Origin: Octopus sinensis
Lineage: Eukaryota
Direction: 5' to 3'
Assembly (NCBI RefSeq): GCF_006345805.1
Contig: NC_042999.1
Coordinates: 84,134,001-84,198,000, forward strand
DNA: 64,000 bases
Shown here: positions 13,337-27,369 of the stretch, in pieces
How positions within the stretch are numbered: position 1 is the first letter of the stretch
Layout: each line of letters starts with the position of its first letter
Program-made: the position numbers and the translations under genes
The notes under the pieces: model-generated
Seen by the model: the letters and a program-made list of their open reading frames with translations, nothing else
What the model was told of the DNA's origin: nothing
Databases searched by the model: none

Positions 13337-14624
13337 CATGTTTCCTTCTTTACGTTAGTAGTATATAGATAGACCATAATAAACGTGGGTGGCCTTATAT
13401 ATATTTAATATATATATATTTAACCACTTGTTATACCAAGGATTACGACTGTTTCGTAGCCTTCATCATATAATGATAATTTCAGTCTACAGTAGATTAT
13501 TTTACATGTCTGCGTTATATATGCTACGCATTGTACTATACAATTGTATATTTGTATATTAACAAATTTGAGCGAATAAATGGTGCTATGTCAATAGATC
13601 AACAGAACATCACGGTTACACCAATTACACCAATTACACCAATGCTTCAACTCTAAGTTACTGGAACTTCTCTTGCTCTCACTGTTCTTGTATATACGAT
13701 TTCTACTAGTCAGCGCCAATGCATCTCTACAACCATCTCATGACTCTTATTTGCTCTTCGCATGAATGTTTACAGCCTTCCTTTGTATGTTCGTACTTCA
13801 GACCAGAACCGTGAGTGTAATTTGGTTGCTTGAATAGTTGACCAATCTTAGGGTCAGATTGATTTATACTTTGTCACGTTATCATGTTATTCCACCATTA
13901 CAATTACAGATTCTTGTCCACTTCAGCCAACACATTTTTGGGCGATACTCGTCACGTCAGAGTACATGATGGCTAAAGAATTTACTTGTCTGTTTTGCAG
14001 CTGATCGTTGATGCATTAATTGCTGGTTTCCTTTTGAAGTGCAAGTTACCCACGGTTTTATATTGCCTCTCTCTGTTAATGGATTTCATGGCATCCCTAG
14101 CGTAATGTTTTCAATCTATTTTGTTTGGGGATTTAAATAACTGCACCTTATTGTCTTACCGCACACATACCGCATCTTCTATTCTTCCTCTTAGCATGGC
14201 TAGCGTGTCAGACCAATTAATGCCAGCTTTTTATTCCGGACTGAAAGCTATTTATTGGCCAACACAAGGAGCATGTAGATCTAATCAAAGAATAGTTCTT
14301 TTTTGCATCTGTCAATCGGTATAGATGGAGACGGTAATATCAACAATGATGGTTTTTGTCGGTTATGCTGTTGTTGTTGTTGTTGTTGTTGTCGTTGCTG
14401 CTGCTGCTGGGTTGTTTTTTTTATTTTTTCTTTTGTCGTTGTGGCTGCTGATGCTGTTAGCGACGCTACTGAAATTGTTCAGATTATTAGGACTTTGCCT
14501 ATTGTGTTTTATGACAGTTGCTACTGGTGCAAAGGCGAACAGTACAGGCTCTCCGTTGCTGCTGCTGCTGTTAATACTGGTGTTAGTAGTAATAGTAGCT
14601 CCGCTAACAATATTGCTGCTATGT

Positions 14625-15010
14625 AAGGCGGTGATCTGGTAGAAACGTTAGCACACCGAACGAAATAATTAGCAGTATTTCGTCTGCCGTTACGTTGTGA
14701 GTACAAATTCCGCCGAGTTCGACTTTGCCTTTCATCCTTTCGGGGTCGATTAAATAAGTACCTGTCACGCACTGGGGTCGATATAATCGACTTAATCCGT
14801 TTGTCTGTTCTTCTTTGTCCCCTCTGGGTAGTAAAGAAATAGTTATTTCGCCTGTCTTTACGGTCTGAGTTCAAACTCCGCCGAAGTCGATTTTGCCTTT
14901 CATCCTTTCGGGGTCGATAAACTAAGTATCAGTTGCGTACTGGTGTCGATCTAATCGACTGGTCCCCTCCCCTAAAATTTCGGTCCTTGTACCTAGTGTA
15001 GAAAAGAATA
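14625..15010 (+). mobile_element. Group A SINE head-to-tail dimer (14625-14842 plus 5'-truncated 14843-15010)
   Basis: Two successive CCTTTCATCCTTTCGGGGTCGAT domains; the second unit restarts at TATTTCGCCTGTC and has the alternative 3' tail seen at 3055. Confidence 0.9.
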
Positions 15011-15220
15011 TCTCTGCTCTGTTTCGTCTCTTGCGTTTTCGCAGCGACTGTAGTTGGGATTGTTGTTGTCGCTATTATTATTGCTGCTGCTGCTAGTAGT
15101 CTTGATGAGGCTGTTCCCATCGCAGTTAATGCTGCTGACAGTGTCTAGTGGGTAGTGATTAGTACCAATTGTGATTGGACGTATGTAAAAGTGATGATGA
15201 TGATGATGATTACACGAACA

Positions 15221-15276
<56 letters not shown>

Positions 15277-15459
15277 GTTTCTAAGATATTTGATAATAGA
15301 TTAAATTAAACCAGAACAAAGATTTGAAAGGTAAGGAAGTGAAAACATTACAACAATATAACAATATATATATCGTAAACAACAAAACATGAATGTTCTC
15401 TGAGAAACATGGAGACGGAGAGACTTCCGTTGTCATGTATTTTCTTTTTATCTTTTAAA

Positions 15460-15730
15460 TTCAGAATTCACCCGAGCTGCAGCCACGTGCCGTAGCCCCT
15501 CCCCCGCCCCTGCAATGTCAGATTTACAACGCCTAAATTCACTGCATCACAAGTTCTTCTTTTTCACAGGCCCAGTTGTACTTAACATTATGCCAAAACA
15601 AATGAACAAACAAAAAAATCCCTTAACCTCCAAACGATACATGCACATATTTCTTCAAGGGATACCAGACAAGTCACCTATACCAGGATAGTCTCAGTCA
15701 ACAACTCCCAACTCCAATGGATCATGATGC
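15460..15730 (+). mobile_element. CR1-like LINE 3' relic
   Basis: Reads LHHKFFFFTGPVVLNIMPK...KRYMHIFLQGIPDKSPIPG...NNSQLQW, resembling the ORF2 C-terminus of CR1-group LINEs. Confidence 0.5.
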
Positions 15731-17052
15731 CACAAAACTACTAAACATGACCTCGGCCAAACTTTTGGCCGAATCATGTATGAGTTTTTCTAAGTTTTAA
15801 GCCTTTACTCAGTTTGCTCAAGTGAAAGCTCTTTCATGCTGAAAGAAATTCCAACAATGCTATACAAATTACAAATATTGTGTATCAAATCCTGTGTGTT
15901 AAATCTTGCATTTAAAATCTTAGGTTTCTAGGACCACATTACTCAACTTGTTCTTCCTTTTTTCTTTTATTTTTGATGGTAGAGATTTCAATATTTAAAA
16001 GGGTGTTGGTTACTATTTTAGCAAGTAGAACAACCATTTAGAGGCTCATTCTTAGCCCTGTGATGACCTATAAAAATAAATGATAAATCCATGACAATAC
16101 GGAGATTTTTCTAGGCATAGTATATATACGTTATTCAATGGGTGCTCCATTTTATTTTAAGAATGTAGTTTGTGATTCGAAGGCTATCATATCTATCAAG
16201 CCGAAAACCTGCTTAGAGATTCCATTGTTGTCTCAACTATTCTCAAACAAATAATGGGATGTGGCACACAACCACCGAGTATACTACACCCAAGCCTTGG
16301 AAATGATCACCCTTACTAGCAGCGTGGTAGTCCTGGAAAACTGGCGTCTTTAATGTTTAGTTTAGTTTTATATGGCAGTTGATGTTAGGACCAGGACAAT
16401 AAGGAAAATGTATTTCTAAATAATCTTATTTTAGGAGCATACAGTATTACCCTAATTAATATGTCATTCCATGTTTAAGATACTATGGACTGACACAAGG
16501 GAAGAATGGGTACTGTTTTTACCAAGACGATTAGCCTTTGAAAATATCCATTTTGGCCTGTAGGTAGTCGTAATAGCTACAACCGATATGGGTAAGAGTC
16601 GTACTGGTTAGTGTGCTTCACTTCCTATTCATCATTATATATGAATGAATATTTGCATGCATAACATTAGTAGTAATGAAAAATTCTGGAGAGACTATTG
16701 ATGTCGCTGTTTCACTGTATGAATGCTTGTGTTTAGTTTGAAAGGCTGAGCTACAGAAATATTATTTTGTTGTTTCTTTTTGTGTGTGCTATAAACAGAA
16801 GGGAAGAAGGTTATCATATATCTGAATTTGCTTTTATTTCAATTCGGATTTCATGAATAACAACATTGTTGATTATAGATGTCCTCCAAGCGACCAACCA
16901 CTGGTTCATTGCATTTGGGATTTTCTACGCAATTCAAGTGGAAAAATTATCACAATGAATTTTCTTTGGAAAACACCAGTTTTGTCGATTTCCGGCGATG
17001 TTTACATTGATGGATGATACGCATTGGTGAATGACAAACATACACACACACA

Positions 17053-17089
<37 letters not shown>

Positions 17090-17159
17090 TCACACATATG
17101 TGTGTGTATGTGTAATCATGTAATCTATGTAAATATATATATACAAGTGTGTGTGTGTT

Positions 17160-17206
<47 letters not shown>

Positions 17207-17207
17207 T

Positions 17208-17239
<32 letters not shown>

Positions 17240-17662
17240 GTGTGTGTGTGTGTGTGTGTGTAGCGCGGGGCGACAAATCTTTTCAGCCACCCAAGGAATT
17301 ATTATAATTCTAGAAAGTTTACTTTGTGGAGTTACTTACATTAGCTAAATACGTACTTGTGAACTTTAAATTGACTGAAAGAAGTTCCAACCACGTTTCG
17401 TGGTTCGCTACCTGAACGGCTCCTGTATAGCATCAAGTGGCTACGGACATCATCAAGAGGAGCTACGTCCGGTTTCAGCCCATATTTCTCTACCGTTTTC
17501 TATGCTTGTTTCAGTCTTTTCTGTAGTGCGAGCACTTTTTGAATATTTTGATAAAACACTATGTGATATTATTTTTCGAACATAACAAACTGCTTATTTT
17601 AGCATTACCCTGGACATTTCCTTCAAACAATTTTGTGCAAAGGTTTTAGTGCACACCCAGTA

Positions 17663-18736
17663 TACAGTAATCCAATAAGAATTAGCCCTCAAGAAACATT
17701 TCTTCAAAACAAAACAAAAAAAAATTAATGAAAATGACTTCATCCGAAATTATTCATCCAATAATTTCTTTAATTCGAAGGAAGAGAGAAGGGGCCCTAC
17801 ACCTGAGAAAAAGTAGATGTTGATTTGATGATCTTGATGTCCACAGTGGAATATATGTTTAAAAAATGACTATAGCCGGAAGAAAAAAAATAGGAAGGGA
17901 AAAGTCGCTTGGGAAGAGAAATTAAAGGCGAATGATGATTGTGTCCCGTGTACAAACAGCTGGAGAAAAGGTAACGGCACGGAAGGTGAAGAAGAAATGT
18001 CAAATAGAAATAAATATCCGAACAGTTCAAAGGATGCTCAAAGACATTGGATGAGGCCAAGAGGAAAATTCATTTCAGCAAAAAACATAAGAAGGCCAAG
18101 TTAGACTTCGCAAAATTATGGTCAACCACTTCTGTTGATTTTACTAAAGTAATTTTGACTGACGGGAGACAATTTGAGTTCTATGAAAACCGACAGCCGG
18201 TGCTCTTGATCAAAAGCACGATGAACCAGTGATGCTGAACAAAAGGCAGATGGGCACATCTAGAGTCATGGTATGGGACATAGTCTTTCTAAGTGGATAA
18301 TTTTGGTTAACGTGGCTAAAAGGAAGGCAGAATAGCATGAGTAAAATCTATTTGAGGCAAAGAAGAAATACGAGAGAATTTTATCATCCAATAGGATAAC
18401 TGCAGTATTCACATGTCAAAATCAACCAAGAAGAGGATGGAAGACATGAAAAGAAGTCAACTAGAATGGCCAGTGAGGTGTCCTCACTTGAATATAATTG
18501 AAAAAGACATGGTACAGGTTGGCACAGTTTGTGTATGACGGACAAGAAATGACAAGTGAGGCCGAATTAAGGAAATGGATTTTAGGAGCGTAAAAACGAC
18601 TGACGGAAACAAAATAGAACTGTTATAACGAACATGATTGTCCAGTTAAACGAACGAACAGTGCAAGTGATTGAAAAGAAATGCAACTATGTGGACTACT
18701 GAAGTTGAGTGGTACTGTCCGAAAAATATTGTCACA
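17663..18736 (+). mobile_element. Tc1-like transposase pseudogene
   Basis: TA-CAGT start. Fragments IRTVQRML, KHKKAKLDFAK, KVILTDGRQF, QMGTSRVMVW and LEWPVRCPHLNIIE (cf. WPxxSPDLNPIE); many frameshifts. Confidence 0.8.
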
Positions 18737-19184
18737 TTTACTCTTTTACACTTTTACTTGTTTCAGTCATTTGACTGTGGCCATGCTGGAGCACCGCCTT
18801 TAGTCGAGCAAATCGACCCCAGGACTTATTCTTTGTAAACCTAGTACATATTCTATTGGTCTCTTTTGCCGAACCGCTAAGTTACGGGGACGTAAACACA
18901 CCAGCATCGGTTGTGAAGTGATGTTGGGGGGACAAACATAGACACACAAACGTATGCGCACACATACATACATACATACATAAATACATACATACATACA
19001 TACATATAGATATAGATATACGACGGGCTTATTCAGTTTCCGTCTACCAAATCCACTCCCAAGGCTTTAGTAGGCCAGATGCTATAGTAGAAGACACTTG
19101 CCCAAGATGCCACGCAGTGGGACTGAACTCGGAACTATGTGGTTGGTAAGCAAGCTACTTACCACACAGCCACTCCTATGCCTT
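18737..19184 (-). mobile_element. tRNA-derived SINE, group B (CORE-like domain, internal microsatellite), full length
   Basis: Minus strand AGGAGTGGCTGTGTGGTAAG (A box)...GAGTTCAGTCCC (B box)...CTTGGGCAAGTGTCTT, internal (TATG)n, (GAGTAAAA)-like tail; homologous to 50075-52053. Confidence 0.9.
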
Positions 19185-19290
19185 AAAAATATGGAACGCT
19201 TCACGAATTTGCGTGTCATCCTTGTGCACGGGCCATGCTAATCTTCTCTGTATCGTTCCAATTTCAGAATATCTTCCGCCCATGAAATAC
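19185..19290 (-). ncRNA. U6: U6 snRNA copy, probably a pseudogene or retrocopy
   Basis: Minus strand ...AAATTGGAACGATACAGAGAAGATTAGCATGGCCCGTGCACAAGGATGACACGCAAATTCGTGAAGCGTTCCATATTTTT. ACAGAGA box and AGC triad are intact, with two differences from canonical metazoan U6 in the 3' ~78 nt. The 5' stem-loop is degenerate; total 106 nt. Confidence 0.95.
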
Positions 19291-20354
19291 TACAAAAATG
19301 AAATGCTACATACGCGTCCAGGGAGTGCAATCACAAGAACATTATACACATGTCTACATTCTTTTACTTAGAAGTGTGTTTTTCACTAAGTGTCACTAAG
19401 AGGTGCGAGAGCATGTCCCCAATCAACTGTCTAAAACAGGTAATAGATACGATAAATTTAAATGCAATATATATGTGCGTGTGTGTATATATACACTTAT
19501 ACACACACATATACATATATATGTATCTATGCAAGTGAATATACACGCATAAACCGACTGTTTTCATATTTACCCCAGCTGATGAATTCCCTCACAGAGT
19601 ATTTGTCATCACCAATCTTAGGGAGACCCTGTCCGGAGTGCACGCGTAGTGCACTTCGGTTTCCGAGCGAAATATTTAACTACATCACCAATGGTAATAT
19701 ACACACGTATATAAATATATGTAGTACTACTACTACTACTAATACTACTACTACCGCTGCTGCTGCTGCTGCTGCTAATAATAATAATAATAATGATAAT
19801 AATAATAATAATGGTGATGATGATGATGATAAAGTAATAGTAATAAAATGTAATAGATAGATGGATAAGTAGTAATAGTAGTAGTAGTAGCAGTATTAGT
19901 AGTAGTATATTAACCGAATGTAATTATATTCATGAATACGATGAAGATGATGACTACGACGACGATATATATTGATGGATTGTAAGTGTATACGTGATTC
20001 TACCAATCTGCAGTTCAAATATTTTGGGTGAAATGTATTTGATGAAACCCTCTTCAGGAAAAATGTACACGTTAAGCACTGAATGACTGATAATGACTAT
20101 CGATGACTTGAAAAGGGAAAAAATATTATATAATATCTTATATTAAATTAGTTGTTTTTGTTTTTTTCCCCTGTAGTCTAGAGTATAATGACATGGGAAA
20201 TCATCAAACGTTACCGAAAATACAATTTAATCTCGACACTCACTCATACACAGACGCACATGCATACACTCAGAAACACACTCATTGATATATACTAACA
20301 CCCATACATCACACACATACACACACGCACACACACACACACACACGCACACAC

Positions 20355-20395
<41 letters not shown>

Positions 20396-23300
20396 AAACA
20401 AATCAGGAAACTGAAAATATTTTGGTATGATTTATTCCCCATTACGTGTGTTTCATTCCCTTTCGATATAGACAAATAAAAATATACTATATCAAATTGG
20501 GTGAACTTGCCCTATCTATATTCTGATCAGTTTTAAACCATGAAATATCCTCATTGGTGTTACGCCATAATAATTGATTGAATGTTCTCCTTGTGTCGTC
20601 ATCGAGCTTTCTCAGTATATGATTGCTCGCCAGCCCAATTTCCGACTTAGTCTGATTAATCAGGCGACATTTGGGGTTACAGGCAAAATTTTGTTTGTGG
20701 CCTTGATGGTGGTAGAGGCACTTCTCTTAACTAACGCTTTCACCCTATCATCTATACCTAAAATGCTGCTTGGTTTCGTTGTTAGTACTATCATATGAAT
20801 ATAATGTAGTCGTCTACGATTCTATATGATGTTATACTTTTAAAAGCCTATCGTATGTGCAGGGGTCAAATCTATATAATTTTTTTTTGTTTTGTCAGAG
20901 AAGAGTAAAGCCCAATCCGAATTGCTTAGCAGGCGAAAATCGAAAGAAAGTTACGGCACCATCATTGCGTCCAACAATAACAGCAACAGCTGCAGCGATA
21001 CCAACTGCTGCAGCAGCACTAACGGGTGGATTTGCCAGTGACAACAGCAACGGCAGCGATAGCAAAAGCAACAACAAAAGCATCCTTCACGTCCTTGACA
21101 TTTATTTCTTATATATAATTTTGATCAGTTACTTTGTTTTCAAAATTTTCCCCTGTTTTTGTTATTTCCGTATTTTCATTTCAATAGGTATGTTAATAAG
21201 CCTTTTTCTGCATATAGATCCTTGAAGATGTTTATGAATCACCTCTGTTCATGCAATAACAGAAGATTCGTTTTTGGCGTCGTTTATATAGTCTGACGAT
21301 TCAAAAAGGTCTTTTGATATTCTTTCCTTTTTTTTCTTTTTTTTTTGCATGTTTGATGTGGCTCAATGCGATATTTTGTTACATTTTCATTCTTCTGTTC
21401 AGCACCTTTCCCAGGTTGTTTGGATTTTACATCCGTTAACAAAGTGTAACTATTTGGTGTGGTCATGAGTAGTAGCATGAGCAGAGTCAGCAACGTAATG
21501 TAATGAATCGGGTAAATTATACTATAATTACCAATGTCAGTTTTCACTTTTTTAAAAAAGTGCAATGAGGAAATGTTTTTGATCTTCTCTGTTCTATTAC
21601 TGATCCGATAAAAGCTGTTTTTCATCCAAAGGATTTAGTATTTTGAATTCGCTGATTTGTATTGCTGTGTATAAATATAATGATCAGTAAAAACCTCATA
21701 CATTGAGCTGTCAAATGACACTCATAAATCTCGACAAGCGCCCTATTGATATAACTTTATTTCTAATTCTAATTTGAATATTTACTAGCATTGGTAACAG
21801 TGACCTTATGCATGTTCGAAAATATGTATAGTCTCCACACATGGTTCTTCTCATATAAATATAGTATTTTTGTGAGGTATGATTGATTAACGATGTTTTC
21901 AAACAAAGGACACAATCTTTATGTTGCATGAAACATAAATTTGGATTAATTCCAAGGTAGCATAAGAGCAAGGACTGCTACTGTTTTGATGCAGTAAACG
22001 TGTAAATATTTTAAGTCTATCGAACACATACAAGTTATAATATTATGTTCTATGTTCTTATTGCAAAAGAATGCCGATTTCCCATTAGAAATTTTGCTTT
22101 CTAGTCCCTTAAGGAAGGTGCAAAAACAAATATGCCCAATCTACCTGTCAGTCCTCAGACTGTTTTTTCTGTAATTGCTTTTCAATGTTTGGCGAATTCT
22201 TGATGCTTGAGGGTATCTCTCACTCTCATTTCGCATTTGGGCCAAACGCCACTAAATGATCGGTCTACCCCATCCATTTGCAAAGGATTTAATTTCAACA
22301 AATTAAGAAATATATTTTGCATTTTATTTAATATAGTCTAACTCATTTTTGGTTGTTCAAATACATACCATTCTTCCTGTCGAATTATCTCTTCTAACTT
22401 ATTCTTTCGTATACATACATAAATACAAATTTATTTTGTTGATGTATTTGATTATTATTCTAAAATATGCCCGACGTCCAGCCGATTCTCTGGATATTAT
22501 GAAGTGAATTAGCTGTGACAGACGACCAACAGATAGTCCATAAATGAGAGTGATTTAATGAACCTTAGACGTGTCGATTTGCATTACCTATCCAATCCTA
22601 TACTCCAGACTGTACAGATTCGAAAAATGGTCTTTATTGCTTCTCTGGTTCTTAATGTCCGAAGAACAAGACATTGTGTAAGATTCCTAACACGGCTTTC
22701 TCTTCATAACCTGAAAAGTATTAAGTTATTTGATTTATCGAAACATCTTAAAAGCAATAGAAACAGTGCTGAATAACGAAATCGTTTTTTTTTTTAAATC
22801 TTTTTGTCACGTTAGTATTTTCCTTAGATCGTAGCTTGGTGTTCACCAGTCCTGTCTCTCTAATTCAAAATTTACCACAAAATTGCGTCTATGACAAATC
22901 AGTAACTTTACAGTTATCAAATCATATATAAGAGTAATATAGTTATCCTTTCTTTTTGTGGTTAACCGCTGAAACATAAATATATCTTAGATAGTATGAC
23001 CATTTGTAATTTGCAACCATCTTACATATATTTGATCGAAAGTTTTCTGATAGCAGTATGCATTGGTCCTAAACAAGTACTTCCATAAACTAGTTTTAAA
23101 GTTTTAAATGCTGTCTTAAAATACACGCTCACATATACATACATGCATAAACACATACATACATACTTGTGTGTGTTTGTGTGTGTGTCGTGTGTGTGTG
23201 TGTGTGTTGTAAGTTCCCTTCACTACCATAAGCAGTCTTTTTTTTTATATATATAAGCGTCAATAGAAGGAATTCGTAATGATCTTCATATTGATGACAT

Positions 23301-23523
23301 TCGAGTAATTGAATAATTTGAGCTAAGAGCATAAGAACTGAAACATGCATCGCAAGGCATATCGTTTGAGTTTCTAAGATTTTTGTCAAAATAGCAATTC
23401 ATATTTATTCAAGAAGGCTAAAACTTGAAATTAATCGCTGCAGGATTTGAACCCAGAGCCTGGACAGCTATAATACAATGTGAAAACAAAATGCAAACTA
23501 ATATATATATATATTATATGCAG

Positions 23524-23598
<75 letters not shown>
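23524..23598. repeat. (GATA)n microsatellite
   Basis: Direct reading. Confidence 0.96.
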
Positions 23599-24534
23599 CA
23601 TATATGTTTTTTTGTTGCGGAGGGATATGTCGTGAGATATACAATATATCATACAATATTCTAAATTTATTAGCTATCGTTATAATATGCACGAAAATGT
23701 AATCGGCTTTTGAAATTGGGAAGCGTGATATAGACAGCATGATATGGGAAATTGTAATTATATTCCTCAATTGCAATTCAAAATCGAAATGAATCGTTTC
23801 AATATAAAATGGTAATTGGGAATTTAAATGAATTATCTGGGAAGATAATAACACTCCTGGATTTTATTAATTTATATTTTCGTATACTTTCAGTAAAGTG
23901 TGTATGATACAGTAATAATGTCGACAGAGATAAAGGAATGCAGCAACGATTGTCCAAGAAAGTGAACTTGAAGCGTATACTGCAACACATGAACTAGACC
24001 TCTTAACACGCATGTATGTTTGTGTGTGTGCGCGCGTTTACAAATATGCATATATATATATATTATCTATCTGCATATATGTATTTTGGATGTATATACA
24101 TGTGTGTATGCGTATAAACACTTCGATATATATCTATAGTTACACACGCACACACATATACATAAATTCTAGTATCTAAATAGAATGCTTGCTAATTGGT
24201 ATGAAATACAATCAGAATGGTTAGAGATTGCCGACGCTCAAAATTACGTTTATCTAGCAAACATCGTACTGCCATCAGTAAACAACTGCCGGAGATGACC
24301 TTGTTTCAAATTCACATGGACGCCTTTGTGGTGACTATATTTTATGCTTAACGTAGCATGCTTTACACATTGAGCAAATTCAAGGCCAGAATTTAACTCG
24401 TGACCAGATGTTGTACGTTTGTACTATCTGATGCATGTTGATCACTACAAAGGTATGTGAGAGCCATTTCAATAGACATAATGTATTCTCTGCCATATTT
24501 CTAGATACATTCGCCACATTCTAGAGCTGCCTGA

Positions 24535-24805
24535 TATATCATTAATGGGAATGACTCAAGTATGTGTTTCATGAAAAATTATCGTAATACCTAATGCATA
24601 TGTGTGCAGTGGGAATCTAAAGCTATATAGAAACATCGCTATCTACATACACTGAGGCATATTTTGTATATGCACAGTTTCGTTCATAACAGACACGTAG
24701 CATGCTATGGAGATACCAGGACTGGAGAAAAGGCATTCAAGTATGCAGTTTCCCAGTAAATTTTTTCATGAAATATGCATTGGTATTATTCCTGTTATCG
24801 TATAT
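24535..24805. mobile_element. Possible old MITE with degenerate terminal inverted repeats
   Basis: GGGAATGA..GTTTCATGAAAAATT on the left versus AATTTTTTCATGAAAT..TTATTCCTG on the right. Confidence 0.4.
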
Positions 24806-27153
24806 TCTTTCGTTAAACTCAATATAATGATCTAAATCATTCGCATCTCTTTGTGCGCGTGTGTGTGTGTGTGCGACCGTGTGTGTGTGTGTGTGTGAGA
24901 GAGAGTGTGTGTGTGAGTGTGTGAGTATATGAGTGTGTGTGTGTGTTTCTGTGTGTGTGCTTCAAGTCTGATCCCAGTTCGACGATATTCTTGCTTTAGT
25001 TGTTTTATACTGTAAATATGAAAACAATATTGTTGTAGTTGTTCATCTCTAATCTTATAGATTTATGATTGAATGTGTTGCGGCCATGAGTATCCAGTGT
25101 GTAATATTTCGTGACAGGAAATGATGATTACATCATAAAATGCATTCGCCATTTCTTAACACGCTTTTGTAAGAGGTTTGAGAGTTTTGGTAATAGATCG
25201 AGCGATTTCACAGAACAGTACTACTCAAACATTTTCAACTGCCATCCGCTTTCCATTTACTCACAATTTTTAATGTAATACAGTTTTTGTAAGGTGCATA
25301 CACGTAATACCAGGTAGAGAAATTTAGTTTCGGCTACTTTTTTGATGAGGATGTCTACTTGCCACAGATCTATTCTTCTACGAATATCGATGCATCAAAG
25401 TTTCATCTTGATTTCTAATTAATACAGATCAATTTTCGCTGAGCTATTCATTTAGACTCGATTTATAATACAAATTATTATGCCACATTTGTACAGTTAT
25501 AATGTCGTAACTGTTAAATATACTCGTTGAATTGGCCAACTGTTCGTTAAAACGCTCAACGAAAACCGAACAATTTAACTCGTCATTTCAACGAAACTCA
25601 AACAGGTTTTCTTGATATTTTACATATGACCCTGTAGCAACCAACTGACATTTATCTATATATCAGAATTTATAATTTTCTTTAATATAGGAGGCAGAGA
25701 CTTACAAAATTATACACCTTGCTCGGCGGTGCCTATATAACAAACCCCATCAACCGGCAAATAGTACCTTCCCCTTTCGGAAAGCACTGGTATACAGAAT
25801 CTCTACTTGATTGTTAAGATGAGACGCTATAAAAATATAGGTTGTTTCAGATCACGAAATATACAAACATCGAATATACGTGGATATTTGTGTGATTTGT
25901 ACTGAAACGGTAACCATCTTAATTTGTCTATAAGTCATGTGTGGTTTAATCATTATGCATAACAACATTAATTATATACCAGCATTTTCAGTTTAGAAGT
26001 TAAAGGTATCAGTAATAGAATATAACATTCATCGCTGAAACAAACAAAAACAAAACAGAAAATTAAATTTGAATAATCTTCAACAACTGTATTCCATGTG
26101 GGATTCGATAATTTAGCAATTTTCTTGTTTCATCTTCGAAGCTTGAATAATCAAGAGTCCCAGCGTAATACTGTGTTTCTTTCTTTAATATCATCCATTG
26201 ATGTAATGTTTTTAATGTGTCAATAGAAGCAGTTTAAGATCCACCGAAACATTGTTATATCATTGCGCTTGGTATTCTCTACGGTAAACATTTGCACATG
26301 ACTTACACAGTTGTATTTCATTCCTACGACAGTGATACGATTCGGCGCCAAACGTTATTCTAATTATTCAGTTGTATAGTCGAAGGTTCTGCTTTTCATA
26401 TGGACTCGTAATCTTTGCCGGCTAATGGTTACAAATTATATTTTTGTTAATTATCGATTTTTCTAACTGACCTTGTTATTATAGTTCATAGTATCTCTAC
26501 CACCGTTCGTCATCTCACATTTATCAATTGACAAACTAACATGGAGTAACCTGTTGATGACTTTCTGGGGCAGCAAATGCACACTATTCTTTTGCTTAGG
26601 TATTTACTATTTAGTGAGCAAATTTATATATTTCTATAACTGTCTCAGTCGTGCTTATTTATCCAGATTTTCGCAATATTTTACATTGTGGTGCGTGATT
26701 TCTTGAACTGCATTTCATCCACCTTCTGGAAAACACGATCTGGAAAATAACATTTGAAAAATATCCACTCACCACCATGCGTGTATTCAAATACACGTAG
26801 GTTTACTACGTGTATTTGAATATCGAGAACACCTCAGTGACTCATAGACAATGCTAGAATATGCACAATCATTTAAGAAAGGATTATTTTAAATCCTTCC
26901 TGAAGAAATTAAAACACTCTTCTTTAACTCCGAAGCATACGTAAACCGTAAGCTATGGTGTTCATCATTTTAACAGTCTAGAGATATTCTATACATTACG
27001 TCTTCAAGGTTATAACGTGTGTAATCAACTGAAGGTCGAAGGAACGAAACACCCTTCGTGTTTTTCATAAGACTTTCTATGACAGAATTCAATTCTCACC
27101 CATATACACACACCTTACAGAGACGTACATATGTTTATACCTACATATAAGAC

Positions 27154-27214
<61 letters not shown>

Positions 27215-27326
27215 ACAACAGTATAAGAGCAAATGCTATTACAAATAGATTTCTTTCATTAAAAATTTATCAGACAGAAGATAATGAAGTTTAGTTGACA
27301 TGTCTATATACCTACGATTGTTTAAC

Positions 27327-27369
<43 letters not shown>

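Noticed and set aside
13440-13535. Minus-strand GTAGC...GCTAC-GAAAC-AGTC-GTA as a hammerhead
   Set aside because: The 3' half fits but the CUGANGA core is absent; at best an old relic.
13620-14320. Possible RTE-like relic on the minus strand
   Set aside because: Only a faint motif resemblance (RVMRW); too degenerate to support.
19579-19680. CTGATGA...GAAA with a nearby 11 bp hairpin as a hammerhead
   Set aside because: No stem II closing between core segments, and no stem III or NUH triplet.
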